NCBI RefSeq assembly: GCF_988242995.1
Contig: NZ_OZ547043.1
Length of the DNA stretch: 64,000 nt
Reading direction: 5' to 3' (one strand)
Positions within the stretch are counted from its first letter, which is position 1; each line of letters opens with the position of its first letter. The notes below the pieces were generated by a model. That model saw nothing but the letters and a program-made list of their open reading frames with translations, was not told the DNA's origin and did not search any database. Shown here piece after piece: positions 47,643 through 59,286 of the stretch. The translations under genes were made by a program, and so were the position numbers.

Positions 47643-47676
47643 AAGAACCACAATTCATTCAACGTTCGGGGCACAA

Positions 47677-47768
47677 GTGCCTGATGCGCTACGCTTATCA
47701 GGCCTACAAGGGAATCTCAATCTATTGGATTTTCGCAATTTTGTAGGCCAAATAAGACGTTTACGCCG
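47677..47768. repeat. REP/BIME element (two REP units in opposite orientation) between sseB and pepB
   Basis: GCCTGATGCGCTACGCTTATCAGGCCTAC and, inverted, CGGCGTAAACGTCTTATTTGGCCTAC; the second unit overlaps the pepB stop codon. Confidence 0.6.
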
Positions 47769-49044
47769 TTAACAGATTAGCAATCGTGCGCACACCAAGT
47801 CCCGTAGCACCCGCAGACCACTGTTCAACCGGCGCTTTACGGTAAGTCGCCGAGCAGTCGATATGCAGCCAGCCTTGCTGATAGTTCTCAACAAAGTGCG
47901 ACAGGAAGCCCGCCGCCGTGCTCGCGCCTGCCGGATACGCCGCGCTTCCGGTATTGTTCAGTTCCGCAAAGTTAGACGGCAGCTGGCTGCGGTGGAACTC
48001 CGCCAGCGGCAGACGCCAGAACGGTTCATTCTCCTGCGCGGCACTCGCCAGCAAGCGACCGGCAAGCGCATCGTCAAAACTGAACAGCGCGTGATAATCA
48101 TTACCCAGCGCAGTTTTCGCCGCCCCGGTGAGGGTCGCCGCATCAATGATCAGTTCCGGTTTCTGCGCACTGGCATCAATCAGGCCATCGGCCAGCACCA
48201 GACGCCCTTCGGCATCAGTGTTCATCACTTCAACTTTTTTACCGTTGCGATAGGTAATAATATCGCCCAGTTTGAACGCGTTGCCGCTGATCAGGTTATC
48301 CGCACAGCAGAGGAACAGCTTCACGCGCTTGTTCAGTCCGCGCGTAATGGCAAACGCCAGCGCCCCGGTAACCGTTGCCGCGCCGCCCATGTCCGACTTC
48401 ATCGAGTCCATTAATGCGGTCTGTTTGATACTGTAGCCGCCGGAATCAAAGGTGATGCCTTTACCAACCAGGCACGCGTACACTGGCGCTTCTTTATCGC
48501 CTGTTGGGTTGTAATCCAGCGCCAGCAATACCGGGGAACGTTCTGAACCGCGCCCGACCGTGTGCAGCCCCATATAACCTTGATCACGCAGATCTTCACC
48601 TTTGGTGATCCGATAAGTCACACGATCGCCTGCGACGTTGCTGATCAGATCAACAGCACGCTGTGCCAGTTGCGATGGACCCAGCTCTTCCGCCGGTGCG
48701 TTAATGGTGTCACGCACCCAGTCGATGATCATCAGGCGGTTATCCAGTTCCTGGCGCTGGGCATCGTCCAGATCCGGCCACTCCACTTTACGTGTGCCTT
48801 TCGGGGCTTTGTAACCTTGCCAGAATGCCCAGCAGCGATCCGCATCCCAGTCTTCACCGCTTAACTGAACATGCTTGATGCCCAGACCGTCAATCTTGCG
48901 CGCCGCACGCTGGATCAGCCCCAGATCGTCTGTCCCGTTCAAATGCAGGGTAATGCCATCATTATTAATGCTGTAAGTCGCTTTTTCTCCCCAGCGCGCG
49001 TCGGCAGGTTGGGTAGAGAGGGTAATCTTCATCGCTTCTGTCAT
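47761..49044 (-). CDS. pepB: peptidase B (M17 leucyl aminopeptidase family)
   Basis: ORF track 47761..49278; [25 protein letters not shown] from the internal ATG, 427 aa. Confidence 0.93.
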   Translation of the reverse strand: MTEAMKITLSTQPADARWGEKATYSINNDGITLHLNGTDDLGLIQRAARKIDGLGIKHVQLSGEDWDADRCWAFWQGYKAPKGTRKVEWPDLDDAQRQELDNRLMIIDWVRDTINAPAEELGPSQLAQRAVDLISNVAGDRVTYRITKGEDLRDQGYMGLHTVGRGSERSPVLLALDYNPTGDKEAPVYACLVGKGITFDSGGYSIKQTALMDSMKSDMGGAATVTGALAFAITRGLNKRVKLFLCCADNLISGNAFKLGDIITYRNGKKVEVMNTDAEGRLVLADGLIDASAQKPELIIDAATLTGAAKTALGNDYHALFSFDDALAGRLLASAAQENEPFWRLPLAEFHRSQLPSNFAELNNTGSAAYPAGASTAAGFLSHFVENYQQGWLHIDCSATYRKAPVEQWSAGATGLGVRTIANLLTA

Positions 49045-49198
49045 TCTAGTTATCCTTCTTTGTAAAAGGGCCGCCAGTTGGCAGCCCCAGGATTTTTCCG
49101 CTAAATGATTCGCGTTGCAGGACAAAACGCATTGCGTTTTGAACAGCGCTTGCGCTGGCCCCGGAGGGGTGAGGCCAAAAGGCCGAATCACGCGGCAA

Positions 49199-49285
49199 GT
49201 GAGTGAAGCCCCAGGAGCATAGATAACTATGTGACTGGGGTGAACGAGCGCAGCCAACGCATCTGCGGCGTGAAGCATGACGCGG
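49199..49285. repeat. ERIC (IRU)-like repetitive element, short form, between iscX and pepB
   Basis: AGTGAAGCCCCAGGAGCATAGATAACTATGTGACTGGGGTGAACGAGCGCAGCCAACGCATCTGCGGCGTGAAGCATGACG resembles the ERIC consensus core (GTGACTGGGGTGAGCG...GCCAACGCA...GAAGTATGACG) as recalled. Confidence 0.5.
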
Positions 49286-49288
49286 AAA

Positions 49289-49489
49289 TTATTCGGCTTC
49301 GTCCAGCCAGACTAACAAAATCGCTTCGAGGATTTTCTCGTTGGATGCCTGCGGGTCGTCGTCGAAATCTTCCAGATCGCAAATCCACTGATGCATATCG
49401 GTGAATCGAACCGTTTTCGGATCAAGATCGGGATACGCATCGTACAGTGCTTCGCCAATTTCGCGGCTATCGGTCCACTTAAGTCCCAT
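49289..49489 (-). CDS. iscX: Fe-S cluster assembly protein IscX
   Basis: ORF track; [36 protein letters not shown], 66 aa. Confidence 0.93.
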
Positions 49490-49500
49490 ACTAACCTCTG

Positions 49501-49836
49501 TTAATGCTCACGCGCATGGTTGATAGTGTAACGCGGGATTTCGACCACTAAATCTTCGTCGGTAACGCGCGCCTGACAGCTTAAACGGCTTTCCGGCTCC
49601 AGTCCCCAGGCTTTGTCCAGCATGTCGTCTTCCTGCTCTGAGCTTTCCGGCAGCGAGTCAAAACCTTCGCGAACGATGCAGTGGCAGGTGGTGCAAGCAC
49701 AGGATTTTTCACAGGCGTGTTCAATCTCGATACCGTTACGCAGCGCAACGTCGAGAATGGTTTCACCACTATTCGCTTCCAGAACAGCGCCATCAGGGCA
49801 GAGATCCTGATGAGGCAAAATAACAATCTTTGGCAT
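49501..49836 (-). CDS. fdx: [2Fe-2S] ferredoxin of the isc operon
   Basis: ORF track; 111 aa; Cys ligands in ...[14 protein letters not shown]... and ...SRLSCQARV... Confidence 0.95.
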
Positions 49837-49837
49837 A

Positions 49838-51688
49838 TTAAACCTCGTCCACGGAATGGCCTTTCAGCGCACGACGAACCGACAGGTCCATGCGGCGAGC
49901 GGCGAAATCCTGGGTTTGTTTGTCTACGTTTTTAATCGCTTGTTCGATAGCGTCAACATCATCGCCCTGCGCCACTTCACTCAGGTGAGCGGCAGCATCG
50001 TCAATGACCTGACGCTCTGCGGTGCTTAACAGCGCGGCATCAGCAGCCAGCGCGCCGTGCAGACTTTCCAGCACACGCGCCGCTTCTACTTTTTGTTCTG
50101 CCAGCATACGGGCTTTTACGTCCTGCTCGGCATAGCTCATTGAGTCTTTGATCATCGAAGCGATTTCGCTATCGGTCAGACCGTAAGACGGTTTGACCTG
50201 AATAGACGCCTCAACGCCGGTGGATTTCTCCATCGCCGTCACGCTCAAAAGACCGTCGGCATCGACCTGGAACGTTACGCGAATATGCGCGCCGCCAGCC
50301 GGTAGCGCCGGGATACCACGCAGTGCAAAACGCGCCAGCGAGCGGCAGTCCTGCACCAGTTCACGTTCACCCTGCATCACATGGATAGACATTGCCGTCT
50401 GACCATCTTTAAAGGTGGTGAAATCCTGGGCGCGGGCCACCGGAATCGTGGTATTACGCGGGATCACTTTCTCCACCAGGCCGCCCATGGTCTCGAGGCC
50501 CAGCGACAGCGGGATCACATCCAGCAACAGCATTTCGCTGTCCGGCTTGTTACCCACCAGAATATCCGCCTGAATCGCCGCGCCAATAGCGACGACTTTA
50601 TCCGGGTCGATAGAAGTCAGCGGTGGACGACCGAAAAATTCGCCCACCCGTTCACGCACCAGCGGCACGCGGGTAGAACCGCCAACCATCACCACTTCCA
50701 GCACTTCATCAGCTTCTACACCCGCGTCTTTCAGCGCGCGACGACAAGCCAGTAAGGTTCGTTTTACCAGTGGCGCGATCAGTTCATTGAATTGTTCACG
50801 GCTGATTTCGCCCTGCCAGCCCGCAACGTTAACGGTCACGGAGTCCGCATCGCTCAGCGCGATTTTGGCTGCAATGGCGGCATCCAGCAGTTCACGCTGA
50901 ACGCGGTTATCGCTACGATCAGGAATGCCCGCCTGCTCGCGAATATAATCCGCCAGCAGATGGTCGAAATCATCGCCGCCGAGCGCGGAATCACCGCCGG
51001 TCGCCAGCACTTCAAACACGCCGCGACTTAAGCGCAGAATGGAAATATCAAACGTCCCGCCGCCGAGGTCATAAACAGCGATCACGCCTTCCTGACCGGA
51101 ATCCAGCCCGTAGGCGATAGCCGCAGCGGTCGGTTCGTTAAGTAAGCGCAGAACATGCAACCCCGCCAGACGCGCCGCGTCTTTGGTGCCCTGACGCTGG
51201 GCATCGTCAAAGTACGCCGGAACGGTGATAACGACACCATCCAGCTCGCCTGCCAGGGCTTCAGTTGCCCGCGCCGCCAGTGCTTTGAGGATGTCCGCAG
51301 AAACGCGCACCGGGTTCAGCAGCCCCGCCGCCGTTTCAATCATCGGCAGGCCGTTTTCGCTGGCCTGGAATTGATAAGGCAGATGCGGATAGCGTTGCTG
51401 GATATCAGCCAGCGAGCGCCCCATCAGGCGTTTAACAGAACTAATGGTGTTGGCGGTATCGAGCGCGGCGTTAGTACGCGCGTCATAACCCACCGAATGC
51501 CCTTGCTGTTGATAGTGAACAACAGACGGCAGCAGGTGACGGCCTTCATGGTCGGCTAACGTTTCGGCCTGACCGCTGCGCACTGTCGCCACCAGCGAGT
51601 TGGTTGTGCCCAGGTCGATACCGGCCGCCAGACGACGCTGATGCGGCGCAGCACTCAAACCAGGTTCACTAATTTGTAATAAGGCCAT
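49838..51688 (-). CDS. hscA: Fe-S cluster assembly chaperone HscA (Hsp70 family)
   Basis: ORF track 49838..51742; [34 protein letters not shown] from the internal ATG, 616 aa. Confidence 0.95.
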   Translation of the reverse strand: MALLQISEPGLSAAPHQRRLAAGIDLGTTNSLVATVRSGQAETLADHEGRHLLPSVVHYQQQGHSVGYDARTNAALDTANTISSVKRLMGRSLADIQQRYPHLPYQFQASENGLPMIETAAGLLNPVRVSADILKALAARATEALAGELDGVVITVPAYFDDAQRQGTKDAARLAGLHVLRLLNEPTAAAIAYGLDSGQEGVIAVYDLGGGTFDISILRLSRGVFEVLATGGDSALGGDDFDHLLADYIREQAGIPDRSDNRVQRELLDAAIAAKIALSDADSVTVNVAGWQGEISREQFNELIAPLVKRTLLACRRALKDAGVEADEVLEVVMVGGSTRVPLVRERVGEFFGRPPLTSIDPDKVVAIGAAIQADILVGNKPDSEMLLLDVIPLSLGLETMGGLVEKVIPRNTTIPVARAQDFTTFKDGQTAMSIHVMQGERELVQDCRSLARFALRGIPALPAGGAHIRVTFQVDADGLLSVTAMEKSTGVEASIQVKPSYGLTDSEIASMIKDSMSYAEQDVKARMLAEQKVEAARVLESLHGALAADAALLSTAERQVIDDAAAHLSEVAQGDDVDAIEQAIKNVDKQTQDFAARRMDLSVRRALKGHSVDEV

Positions 51689-51704
51689 GTTTAGCTTCCA
51701 GAAA

Positions 51705-52220
51705 TTAAAAATCGAGCAGTTTTTCTTCGAGTTGTTCGGCACTGCTTCGCAGTTTATCGAGAAAACGCAGCTTACGCACGGTATCCGCCGCCGCGTCCCA
51801 CGTCTCGTTGTCTAACTGTTCAACCATCAACTGATGGCGGGTATCAAACATCTTTTTCACACGTTTGATAAAGCTTTCCAGCCGCGCTTCATCTTTCGCC
51901 TGTTCGATCTCGTCCAGTTCTTCGCGCAGCTCCAGCTGTTCCATCAGGAACGCGGTGTCGCGCACAGTATGCTGCTCGCTGGCGAGATCAAAACCGTGCA
52001 AAGAAAGCAAATATTCCGCGCGCATTAACGGATGACGCAGCGTTTGCCATGCCTGGTTAATGGTTGCAGATTGCTGTACGGCGGCGAGTTGTTCCGCCTG
52101 GCTTCCGCTGGCGAATTTATCAGGATGATACTGACGTTGTAGATCCTGAAAACGCAGGCTCAGCGCCTGGGTATCGAGTTGATAACGGGCAGGCAAGCCA
52201 AAGAGGGTGAAGTAATCCAT
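51705..52220 (-). CDS. hscB: Fe-S cluster co-chaperone HscB (J-domain)
   Basis: ORF track; [16 protein letters not shown] with HPD motif (QYHPDKF), 171 aa. Confidence 0.95.
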   Translation of the reverse strand: MDYFTLFGLPARYQLDTQALSLRFQDLQRQYHPDKFASGSQAEQLAAVQQSATINQAWQTLRHPLMRAEYLLSLHGFDLASEQHTVRDTAFLMEQLELREELDEIEQAKDEARLESFIKRVKKMFDTRHQLMVEQLDNETWDAAADTVRKLRFLDKLRSSAEQLEEKLLDF

Positions 52221-52315
52221 AACATTCTCAGGGCTGCGATCCGCCGCGATAACGGCGAATCAGGTAAAACAAACCCCACGCGCAGGCGACCACGGTGGGG
52301 TTATCGGTATGCGCA

Positions 52316-52639
52316 TTAGACGTGGAAGCTTTCGCCGCAACCACACTCATCTTTGACGTTCGGGTTGGTGAATTTAAACCCTTCGTTCAGGCCTTCTTTT
52401 ACGAAGTCCAGCTGCGTACCGTCCAGAAATTGCAGGCTTTTGCCATCGACCACAACTTTCACGCCTTTGTCTTCAAACACGATGTCTTCCGGCGTCGGTT
52501 CGTCAACAAATTCCAGTACATAAGCCATACCTGAACATCCGGAGGTTCTCACGCCCAGACGCAGGCCAAACCCTTTGCCGCGGTTAGCCAGAAAGGTATT
52601 TACTCGCGCTGCTGCACTGTCGCTCAGTGTAATCGACAT
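52316..52639 (-). CDS. iscA: Fe-S cluster A-type carrier IscA
   Basis: ORF track 52316..52645; [17 protein letters not shown] from the internal ATG, 107 aa; C-terminal CGCGESF. Confidence 0.95.
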   Translation of the reverse strand: MSITLSDSAAARVNTFLANRGKGFGLRLGVRTSGCSGMAYVLEFVDEPTPEDIVFEDKGVKVVVDGKSLQFLDGTQLDFVKEGLNEGFKFTNPNVKDECGCGESFHV

Positions 52640-52655
52640 AACCAAACCTCAACTC

Positions 52656-53042
52656 TTATTTTGCTTCACGTTTGCTTTTATAGTCCGCAATGGCGGCTTT
52701 GATCGCGTCTTCTGCCAGAATAGAACAGTGAATTTTCACCGGCGGCAGTTCAAGTTCTTCAGCAATATCGGTGTTTTTGATCGCCTGTGCTTCGTCGAGA
52801 GACTTCCCTTTCACCCATTCGGTAACCAGGGAGCTGGAAGCGATAGCGGAACCGCAGCCGTAAGTTTTAAAACGCGCGTCTTCAATGATACCTTCATCGT
52901 TGACTTTAATCTGCAACTTCATCACGTCGCCACAGGCCGGTGCACCCACCATGCCGCTACCGACGTTCTCGTCGTTGTTGTCAAAGGAACCCACGTTACG
53001 CGGATTCTCGTAATGGTCGATAACTTTTTCGCTGTAAGCCAT
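52656..53042 (-). CDS. iscU: Fe-S cluster scaffold IscU
   Basis: ORF track; MAYSEKVIDHYENPRNVGS, 128 aa, with LPPVK motif. Confidence 0.96.
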   Translation of the reverse strand: MAYSEKVIDHYENPRNVGSFDNNDENVGSGMVGAPACGDVMKLQIKVNDEGIIEDARFKTYGCGSAIASSSLVTEWVKGKSLDEAQAIKNTDIAEELELPPVKIHCSILAEDAIKAAIADYKSKREAK

Positions 53043-53069
53043 TATAAATTCTCCTGATTCCGATACCGA

Positions 53070-54284
53070 TTAATGATGAGCCCATTCGATGCTGTTCAGA
53101 TCCACGCCCTGCTTGTACATTTCCCACAGCGGAGAAAGGTCACGCAGACGACCGATGGATTTACGAACTAACTCGATGGTGTAGTCGATCTCTTCTTCAG
53201 TAGTAAAACGACCTAAAGAGAAACGGATAGAGCTATGTGCCAGCTCGTCGTTCAGCCCCAGCGCGCGCAGCACGTAGGACGGTTCGAGGCTTGCTGACGT
53301 ACAGGCGGAACCTGAAGAAACCGCGAGGTCTTTCAGCGCCATAATCAGCGACTCACCTTCAACGTAGTTGAAGCTGACGTTGAGAATGTTCGGCGCGCCG
53401 TGTTCCAGGTCACCGTTCAGGTAAACTTCTTCGATATCTTTGATGCCGTTCCACAGACGGTTACGCAAGCCGCGCAGACGTTCCATCTCGGTCGCCATCT
53501 CTTCTTTTGCGATGCGATAGGCTTCGCCCATACCGACGATCTGGTGAACAGGCAGAGTGCCGGAACGCATACCGCGCTCGTGACCGCCGCCGTGCATTTG
53601 CGCTTCGATGCGTACGCGCGGTTTACGACGCACATACAGCGCACCGATACCTTTCGGGCCGTAGATTTTGTGACCGGAGAATGACATCAGGTCAACTTTC
53701 AACTGGCTCAGGTCGATAGGCAGTTTGCCCACGCTCTGGGTTGCATCAACGTGATAGATAATGCCGCGAGCACGGCACATTTCGCCGATAGCCGCGATAT
53801 CCTGCACCACGCCGATTTCGTTATTCACGTGCATGATAGAAACGAGGATGGTGTCGTCACGCATCGCTGCTTCAAGTTCTTTCAGGTCGATAATACCGTT
53901 ACGCTGCGGTGCCAGGTAGGTGACTTCGAAACCTTCGCGCTCCAGCTGACGGCAGGTATCCAGTACCGCTTTGTGTTCGGTTTTACTGGTGATGATGTGC
54001 TTGCCTTTTTTCTGATAAAAGTTGGCTGCACCTTTGATCGCCAGGTTGTCAGATTCGGTTGCACCAGAGGTAAAGACGATTTCACGCGGGTCAGCGCCGA
54101 CCAGATCGGCAATCTGATTACGGGCGATATCAACCGCTTCTTCAGCCTGCCAGCCGAAACGGTGAGAACGGGAGGCCGGGTTACCAAAGGTTCCGTCCAT
54201 CGTCATAAACTGCATCATTTTCTCGGCAACACGCGGGTCCACCGGCGTGGTTGCGGAGTAGTCGAGATAAATCGGTAATTTCAT
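53070..54284 (-). CDS. iscS: cysteine desulfurase IscS
   Basis: ORF track 53070..54308; [23 protein letters not shown] from the internal ATG, 404 aa; PLP lysine in [12 protein letters not shown], active Cys in SSGSACTS. Confidence 0.95.
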
Positions 54285-54395
54285 TGCTCTATAAACTCCG
54301 TACATCACTCAATGCAAGGAACCAGGCTACCGGCTGGATGTACGACCGTGTTTACGGAGTGTTAAACACTCCGGCCTGATTCTGAATACTTTTTA

Positions 54396-54884
54396 TTAAG
54401 CGCGTAACTTAACGTCGATCGCGTCTTGTGTGCGGGGGCGTGGCGCGTCGTGAGCATGCTGACGACCAGACACATCCAGCACTTCCTGGTTATTAACCAG
54501 TTCGCCTAAAGTAATGTTGTTGAGAAAACCGGTGAGACGGTCGCTCAAATCACGCCACAGCGCGTGGGTCAGGCATTTATCGCCGCCCTGGCAGCCGCCT
54601 TTACCCTGACAACGGGTGGCATCTACAGATTCGTCAACGGCGCTAATCACTTCGCCAACGGCGATGCTGCTGGCATCTTTGCCTAACAGATAACCACCGC
54701 CTGGTCCACGTACGCTGGAAACCAGACCATTTTTACGCAGACGGGAAAACAGTTGTTCCAGATAAGAAAGGGAAATTCCCTGACGTTCGGAAATATCAGC
54801 CAACGGTACCGGGCCCGCTTCAGAGTTGAGCGCAACGTCAAGCATTGCGGTCACGGCATAGCGCCCTTTAGATGTCAGTCTCAT
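54396..54884 (-). CDS. iscR: Fe-S cluster regulator IscR (Rrf2 family)
   Basis: ORF track; [46 protein letters not shown], 162 aa. Confidence 0.95.
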   Translation of the reverse strand: MRLTSKGRYAVTAMLDVALNSEAGPVPLADISERQGISLSYLEQLFSRLRKNGLVSSVRGPGGGYLLGKDASSIAVGEVISAVDESVDATRCQGKGGCQGGDKCLTHALWRDLSDRLTGFLNNITLGELVNNQEVLDVSGRQHAHDAPRPRTQDAIDVKLRA

Positions 54885-54919
54885 GTCTTACTTCACCTCA
54901 AACTCGCCCCTGCCCGGGG

Positions 54920-55020
54920 TTTTTTATTGTAAAAGTGGGGGTATTGCATAGCAGGGTCAAGTCTGACATTCCCGAGTAAATTGGTCAACTATTTACTTGA
55001 CTGATTTAGTCGGGTATTTA
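54920..55020 (-). promoter_or_regulatory. iscR promoter region with IscR autoregulatory sites
   Basis: Minus strand ~35-135 nt upstream of iscR: ATACCCGACTAAATCAGTCAAGTAAATAGTTGACCAATTTACTCGGGAATGTCAGACTTGACCCTGCTAT, resembling the IscR type-1 sites as recalled. Confidence 0.5.
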
Positions 55021-55059
55021 ACCTTCAGTGCCATTTTTTTATCGTGGCGTTTGTACCTG

Positions 55060-55147
<88 letters not shown>

Positions 55148-55153
55148 CCACTA

Positions 55154-55894
55154 TTATTCGGCCTTGTTACCTTTATTCTGCTGCTCTATAGAAGCCAGAA
55201 TCCCGCGCAGGATATTCAATTCCTGGCTTTCCGGGCGCGCACGGGTAAACAGACGGCGCAATTTATTCATCACCTGCCCCGGATGGTTTTCACGAATAAA
55301 ACCGGTTGCCAGCAGCGTTTGTTCCAGATGACCATAAAAACGCTCCAGATCATCGACCAGCGGATACGGCGTCTCTTCATGCTCGACCTGCTCACCATTT
55401 TCCTGAGTTGCCAGCCAGGCCATGCGCACTTCATAGGCAATAACCTGAACCGCCATCGCCAGATTCAGCGAACTGTATTCCGGGTTCGCAGCAATCGCGA
55501 CATGATAATGGCATTTCTGCAACTCTTCATTGGTCAAGCCAACACGCTCACGACCAAAAACCAGCGCCACCGGGGTATTTGCCGCTTCAGCGACGCTTTT
55601 CAGACCGCATTCGCGCGGGTCGAGCATCGGCCACGGCAGCGTGCGGGAGCGTGCGCTGGTGCCCACCACCAGGCTACAACCGGCTAACGCTTCGTCGAGC
55701 GTATCGACGATGTGAGCATTACCAATCACATCGCTGGCCCCTGCTGCCAGGGCAATCGCCTGGGAGTCAGGTTTCACCAGTGGATTAACCAGCCACAGAT
55801 TGGTTAATCCCATTGTTTTCATGGCACGGGCAACAGAACCCATATTGCCGGTGTGTGACGTCTCCACCAGCACAATTCGAATATTTTGCAGCAT
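55154..55894 (-). CDS. trmJ: tRNA (cytidine/uridine-2'-O)-methyltransferase TrmJ
   Basis: ORF track; [30 protein letters not shown], 246 aa. Confidence 0.94.
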
Positions 55895-56012
55895 TGTCTT
55901 TCTTCGTCTAAAGATTATTCGCGCATCTTATCATAAAACGAAGACAGATGCCGATCTCGCTGCTATACTCTGCGCCGTTTTCCCGTTCTTTAACATCCAG
56001 TGAGAGAGACCG

Positions 56013-56816
56013 ATGCATCCGATGCTGAACATCGCCGTGCGCGCAGCGCGCAAGGCGGGTAATTTAATTGCCAAAAACTATGAAACCCCGGACGCTGTAG
56101 AAGCGAGCCAGAAAGGCAGTAACGACTTCGTGACCAACGTAGATAAAGCTGCCGAAGCGGTGATTATCGACACGATTCGTAAATCTTACCCACAGCACAC
56201 CATCATCACCGAAGAAAGCGGTGAACTTGAAGGTACTGATCAGGATGTTCAATGGGTTATCGATCCACTGGATGGCACTACCAACTTTATCAAACGTCTG
56301 CCGCACTTCGCGGTATCTATCGCCGTTCGTATCAAAGGCCGCACTGAAGTTGCTGTGGTTTACGATCCTATGCGTAACGAACTGTTCACCGCCACTCGCG
56401 GTCAGGGCGCACAGCTGAACGGCTACCGTCTGCGCGGCAGCACCGCTCGCGATCTCGACGGTACTATTCTGGCGACCGGCTTCCCGTTCAAAGCAAAACA
56501 GTACGCCACCACCTACATCAACATCGTCGGCAAACTGTTCAACGAATGTGCAGACTTCCGTCGTACCGGTTCTGCGGCGCTGGATCTGGCTTACGTTGCT
56601 GCGGGTCGCGTTGACGGTTTCTTTGAAATCGGTCTGCGTCCGTGGGATTTCGCGGCAGGCGAGCTGCTGGTTCGTGAAGCGGGCGGCATCGTCAGCGACT
56701 TCACCGGTGGTCATAACTACATGCTGACCGGTAACATCGTTGCTGGTAACCCGCGCGTTGTTAAAGCCATGCTGGCGAACATGCGTGACGAGTTAAGCGA
56801 CGCCCTGAAGCGTTAA
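56013..56816 (+). CDS. suhB: inositol monophosphatase family protein SuhB
   Basis: ORF track; 267 aa; metal-binding motifs ...EESGE... and ...WVIDPLDGTTNF... Confidence 0.95.
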   Translation: MHPMLNIAVRAARKAGNLIAKNYETPDAVEASQKGSNDFVTNVDKAAEAVIIDTIRKSYPQHTIITEESGELEGTDQDVQWVIDPLDGTTNFIKRLPHFAVSIAVRIKGRTEVAVVYDPMRNELFTATRGQGAQLNGYRLRGSTARDLDGTILATGFPFKAKQYATTYINIVGKLFNECADFRRTGSAALDLAYVAAGRVDGFFEIGLRPWDFAAGELLVREAGGIVSDFTGGHNYMLTGNIVAGNPRVVKAMLANMRDELSDALKR

Positions 56817-56960
56817 TGACTCTGGCGGGTGATGTCACTCACCCGCCCTCGCCTTTCAGGCGCTATTCCGAAATACTTCCTCACCGCTTTACTTTCTTTC
56901 GCCACTCTCCCACCATCTTTCCCCGATTAATGGATGATAAAGAAGTCGCAAGGAAAGGTT

Positions 56961-57815
56961 ATGGCGCTGCCAGTGAACAAACGCGTTCTCAAAATTCTGT
57001 TTATTCTCTTTGTTGTTGCCTTCTGCATTTATTTAATACCGCGCATCGCCATCAATTTTTTCTATTACCCTGACGACAAAATCTACGGTCCCGAACCCTG
57101 GTCGGCGGAATCCGTCGAATTTACGGCTAAGGACGGTACTCATCTGCAAGGCTGGTTTATCCCTTCTTCGACGGGCCCTGCTGATAACGCCATTGCTACC
57201 ATTATTCATGCTCACGGCAATGCCGGAAATATGTCCGCCCACTGGCCGCTGGTCAGTTGGTTACCCGAACGTAATTTCAATGTTTTTATGTTTGATTATC
57301 GTGGATTCGGTAAATCAAAAGGAAAACCTTCTCAGGCAGGGTTATTAGACGATACGCAAAGTGCCATCAATGTGGCGCGCCATCGCAGTGATGTAAACCC
57401 ACAACGGCTGGTGCTGTTCGGGCAGAGTATTGGCGGGGCGAATATTCTTGATGTTATTGGTCAGGGTGATCGTGAAGGCATACGTGCGGTGATCCTCGAC
57501 TCCACATTTGCCTCTTATGCGACCATCGCCAACCAGATGATTCCTGGCAGTGGCTACTTACTTGATGAGAGTTACAGCGGCGAAAATTACATCGCCAGCG
57601 TCAGCCCGATCCCGCTTTTACTCATTCACGGTAAAGCTGATCACGTTATCCCATGGCAGCACAGCGAAAAGTTGTATAGCCTGGCAAAAGAGCCAAAACG
57701 GTTGATCCTAATCCCGGATGGCGAACACATTGATGCTTTTTCCGATCGTCACGGCGATGTTTATCGCGAACTGATGGTGGATTTTATCCTTAGCGCGTTG
57801 AATCCGCAGAACTAA
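56961..57815 (+). CDS. yfhR: alpha/beta-hydrolase (S9 peptidase-like) membrane-anchored protein YfhR
   Basis: ORF track 56934..57815; MALPVNKRVLKILFILFVVAFCIYLIP from the internal ATG, 284 aa; nucleophile elbow GQSIGG. Confidence 0.85.
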   Translation: MALPVNKRVLKILFILFVVAFCIYLIPRIAINFFYYPDDKIYGPEPWSAESVEFTAKDGTHLQGWFIPSSTGPADNAIATIIHAHGNAGNMSAHWPLVSWLPERNFNVFMFDYRGFGKSKGKPSQAGLLDDTQSAINVARHRSDVNPQRLVLFGQSIGGANILDVIGQGDREGIRAVILDSTFASYATIANQMIPGSGYLLDESYSGENYIASVSPIPLLLIHGKADHVIPWQHSEKLYSLAKEPKRLILIPDGEHIDAFSDRHGDVYRELMVDFILSALNPQN

Positions 57816-58005
57816 CCCATGATCGCTAGCACGATAATCATTCACAAAACCACCTTAAGACATGCTAATCCACTGGTCAGAACAGTTTAAGATGAGAAAA
57901 ATTCTGTGACGCTTGCCAACATTTCTGATGATTAGCATTCCCTTCGCCATTTCCCTGAGCAAACTTTAGCTATTCTTATCAATTATGCTTATGGGAGATC
58001 TACAG

Positions 58006-59286
58006 ATGATGCCTACGCTTGCTCCACCATCTGTCCTTTCGGCTCCCCAGCGCCGCTGCCAGATCTTGCTGACACTCTTTCAGCCGGGGTTGACCGCCAC
58101 CACGGCAACTTTCAGCGAGCTTAATGGTGTGGATGATGATATTGCCAGTCTTGATATCAGCGAAACAGGACGTGAGATCCTGCGCTATCATCAACTCACA
58201 CTGACTACTGGTTATGACGGTAGCTACCGGGTTGAAGGTACAGTGCTTAACCAACGTTTGTGTTTATTTCACTGGCTACGACGTGGTTTCCGTCTGTGTC
58301 CGTCATTTATTACCAGCCATTTCACCCCCGCCCTGAAGAGTGAACTGAAGCGGCGCGGAATTGCGCGTAACTTTTACGACGATACCAATCTACAAGCGTT
58401 AGTGAATCTCTGCTCCCGACGGCTGCAAAAACGCTTTGAAACGCGCGATATTCATTTCCTGTGTCTGTATCTGCAATATTGTTTGCTGCAACACCACGCT
58501 GGAATTACGCCTCAGTTTAATCCGCTCCAACGTCGCTGGGCGGAATCCTGCCTTGAATTTCAGGTAGCGCAGGAAATTGGACGCCACTGGCAGCGTCGGG
58601 CGCTCCAGCCTGTACCGCCTGATGAGCCACTGTTTATGGCATTACTTTTTTCCATGTTGCGGGTTCCCGATCCACTGCGGGATGCGCATCAGCGGGACAG
58701 ACAACTGCGTAAGTCTATCAAACGTCTGGTAAACCACTTTCGTGAGCTGGGAAATGTTCGTTTTTATGATGAACAGGGGTTGTGCGATCAGCTTTATACC
58801 CACCTCGCCCAGGCGTTAAATCGCAGTTTGTTTGCCATCGGTATTGATAACACCCTGCCGGAAGAGTTCGCCCGCCTGTATCCACGCCTGGTGCGCACCA
58901 CCCGCGCGGCGCTGGCCGGATTTGAAAGTGAATACGGCGTCCATCTTTCTGATGAGGAAAGCGGTCTGGTCGCGGTGATTTTCGGTGCCTGGCTAATGCA
59001 GGAAAACGACCTGCATGAGAAACAGATTATTCTACTGACCGGGAATGATAGCGAGCGAGAAGCGCAGATTGAGCAGCAGCTACGCGAACTAACGTTACTG
59101 CCGCTCAACATTAAACATATGTCGGTAAAGGTATTTTTGCAGACAGGCGCTCCGCGCGGCGCGGCACTGATTATTGCGCCTTATACCATGCCGTTACCGC
59201 TCTTTTCACCACCGCTGATCTATACGGACTTGACGCTGACAACACATCAACAGGAGCAGATCCGCAAAATGCTCGAATCAGCATGA
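58006..59286 (+). CDS. csiE: stationary-phase inducible protein CsiE
   Basis: ORF track 57985..59286; MMPTLAPPSVLSAPQRRCQILLTLF from the internal ATG, 426 aa. Confidence 0.88.
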   Translation: MMPTLAPPSVLSAPQRRCQILLTLFQPGLTATTATFSELNGVDDDIASLDISETGREILRYHQLTLTTGYDGSYRVEGTVLNQRLCLFHWLRRGFRLCPSFITSHFTPALKSELKRRGIARNFYDDTNLQALVNLCSRRLQKRFETRDIHFLCLYLQYCLLQHHAGITPQFNPLQRRWAESCLEFQVAQEIGRHWQRRALQPVPPDEPLFMALLFSMLRVPDPLRDAHQRDRQLRKSIKRLVNHFRELGNVRFYDEQGLCDQLYTHLAQALNRSLFAIGIDNTLPEEFARLYPRLVRTTRAALAGFESEYGVHLSDEESGLVAVIFGAWLMQENDLHEKQIILLTGNDSEREAQIEQQLRELTLLPLNIKHMSVKVFLQTGAPRGAALIIAPYTMPLPLFSPPLIYTDLTLTTHQQEQIRKMLESA

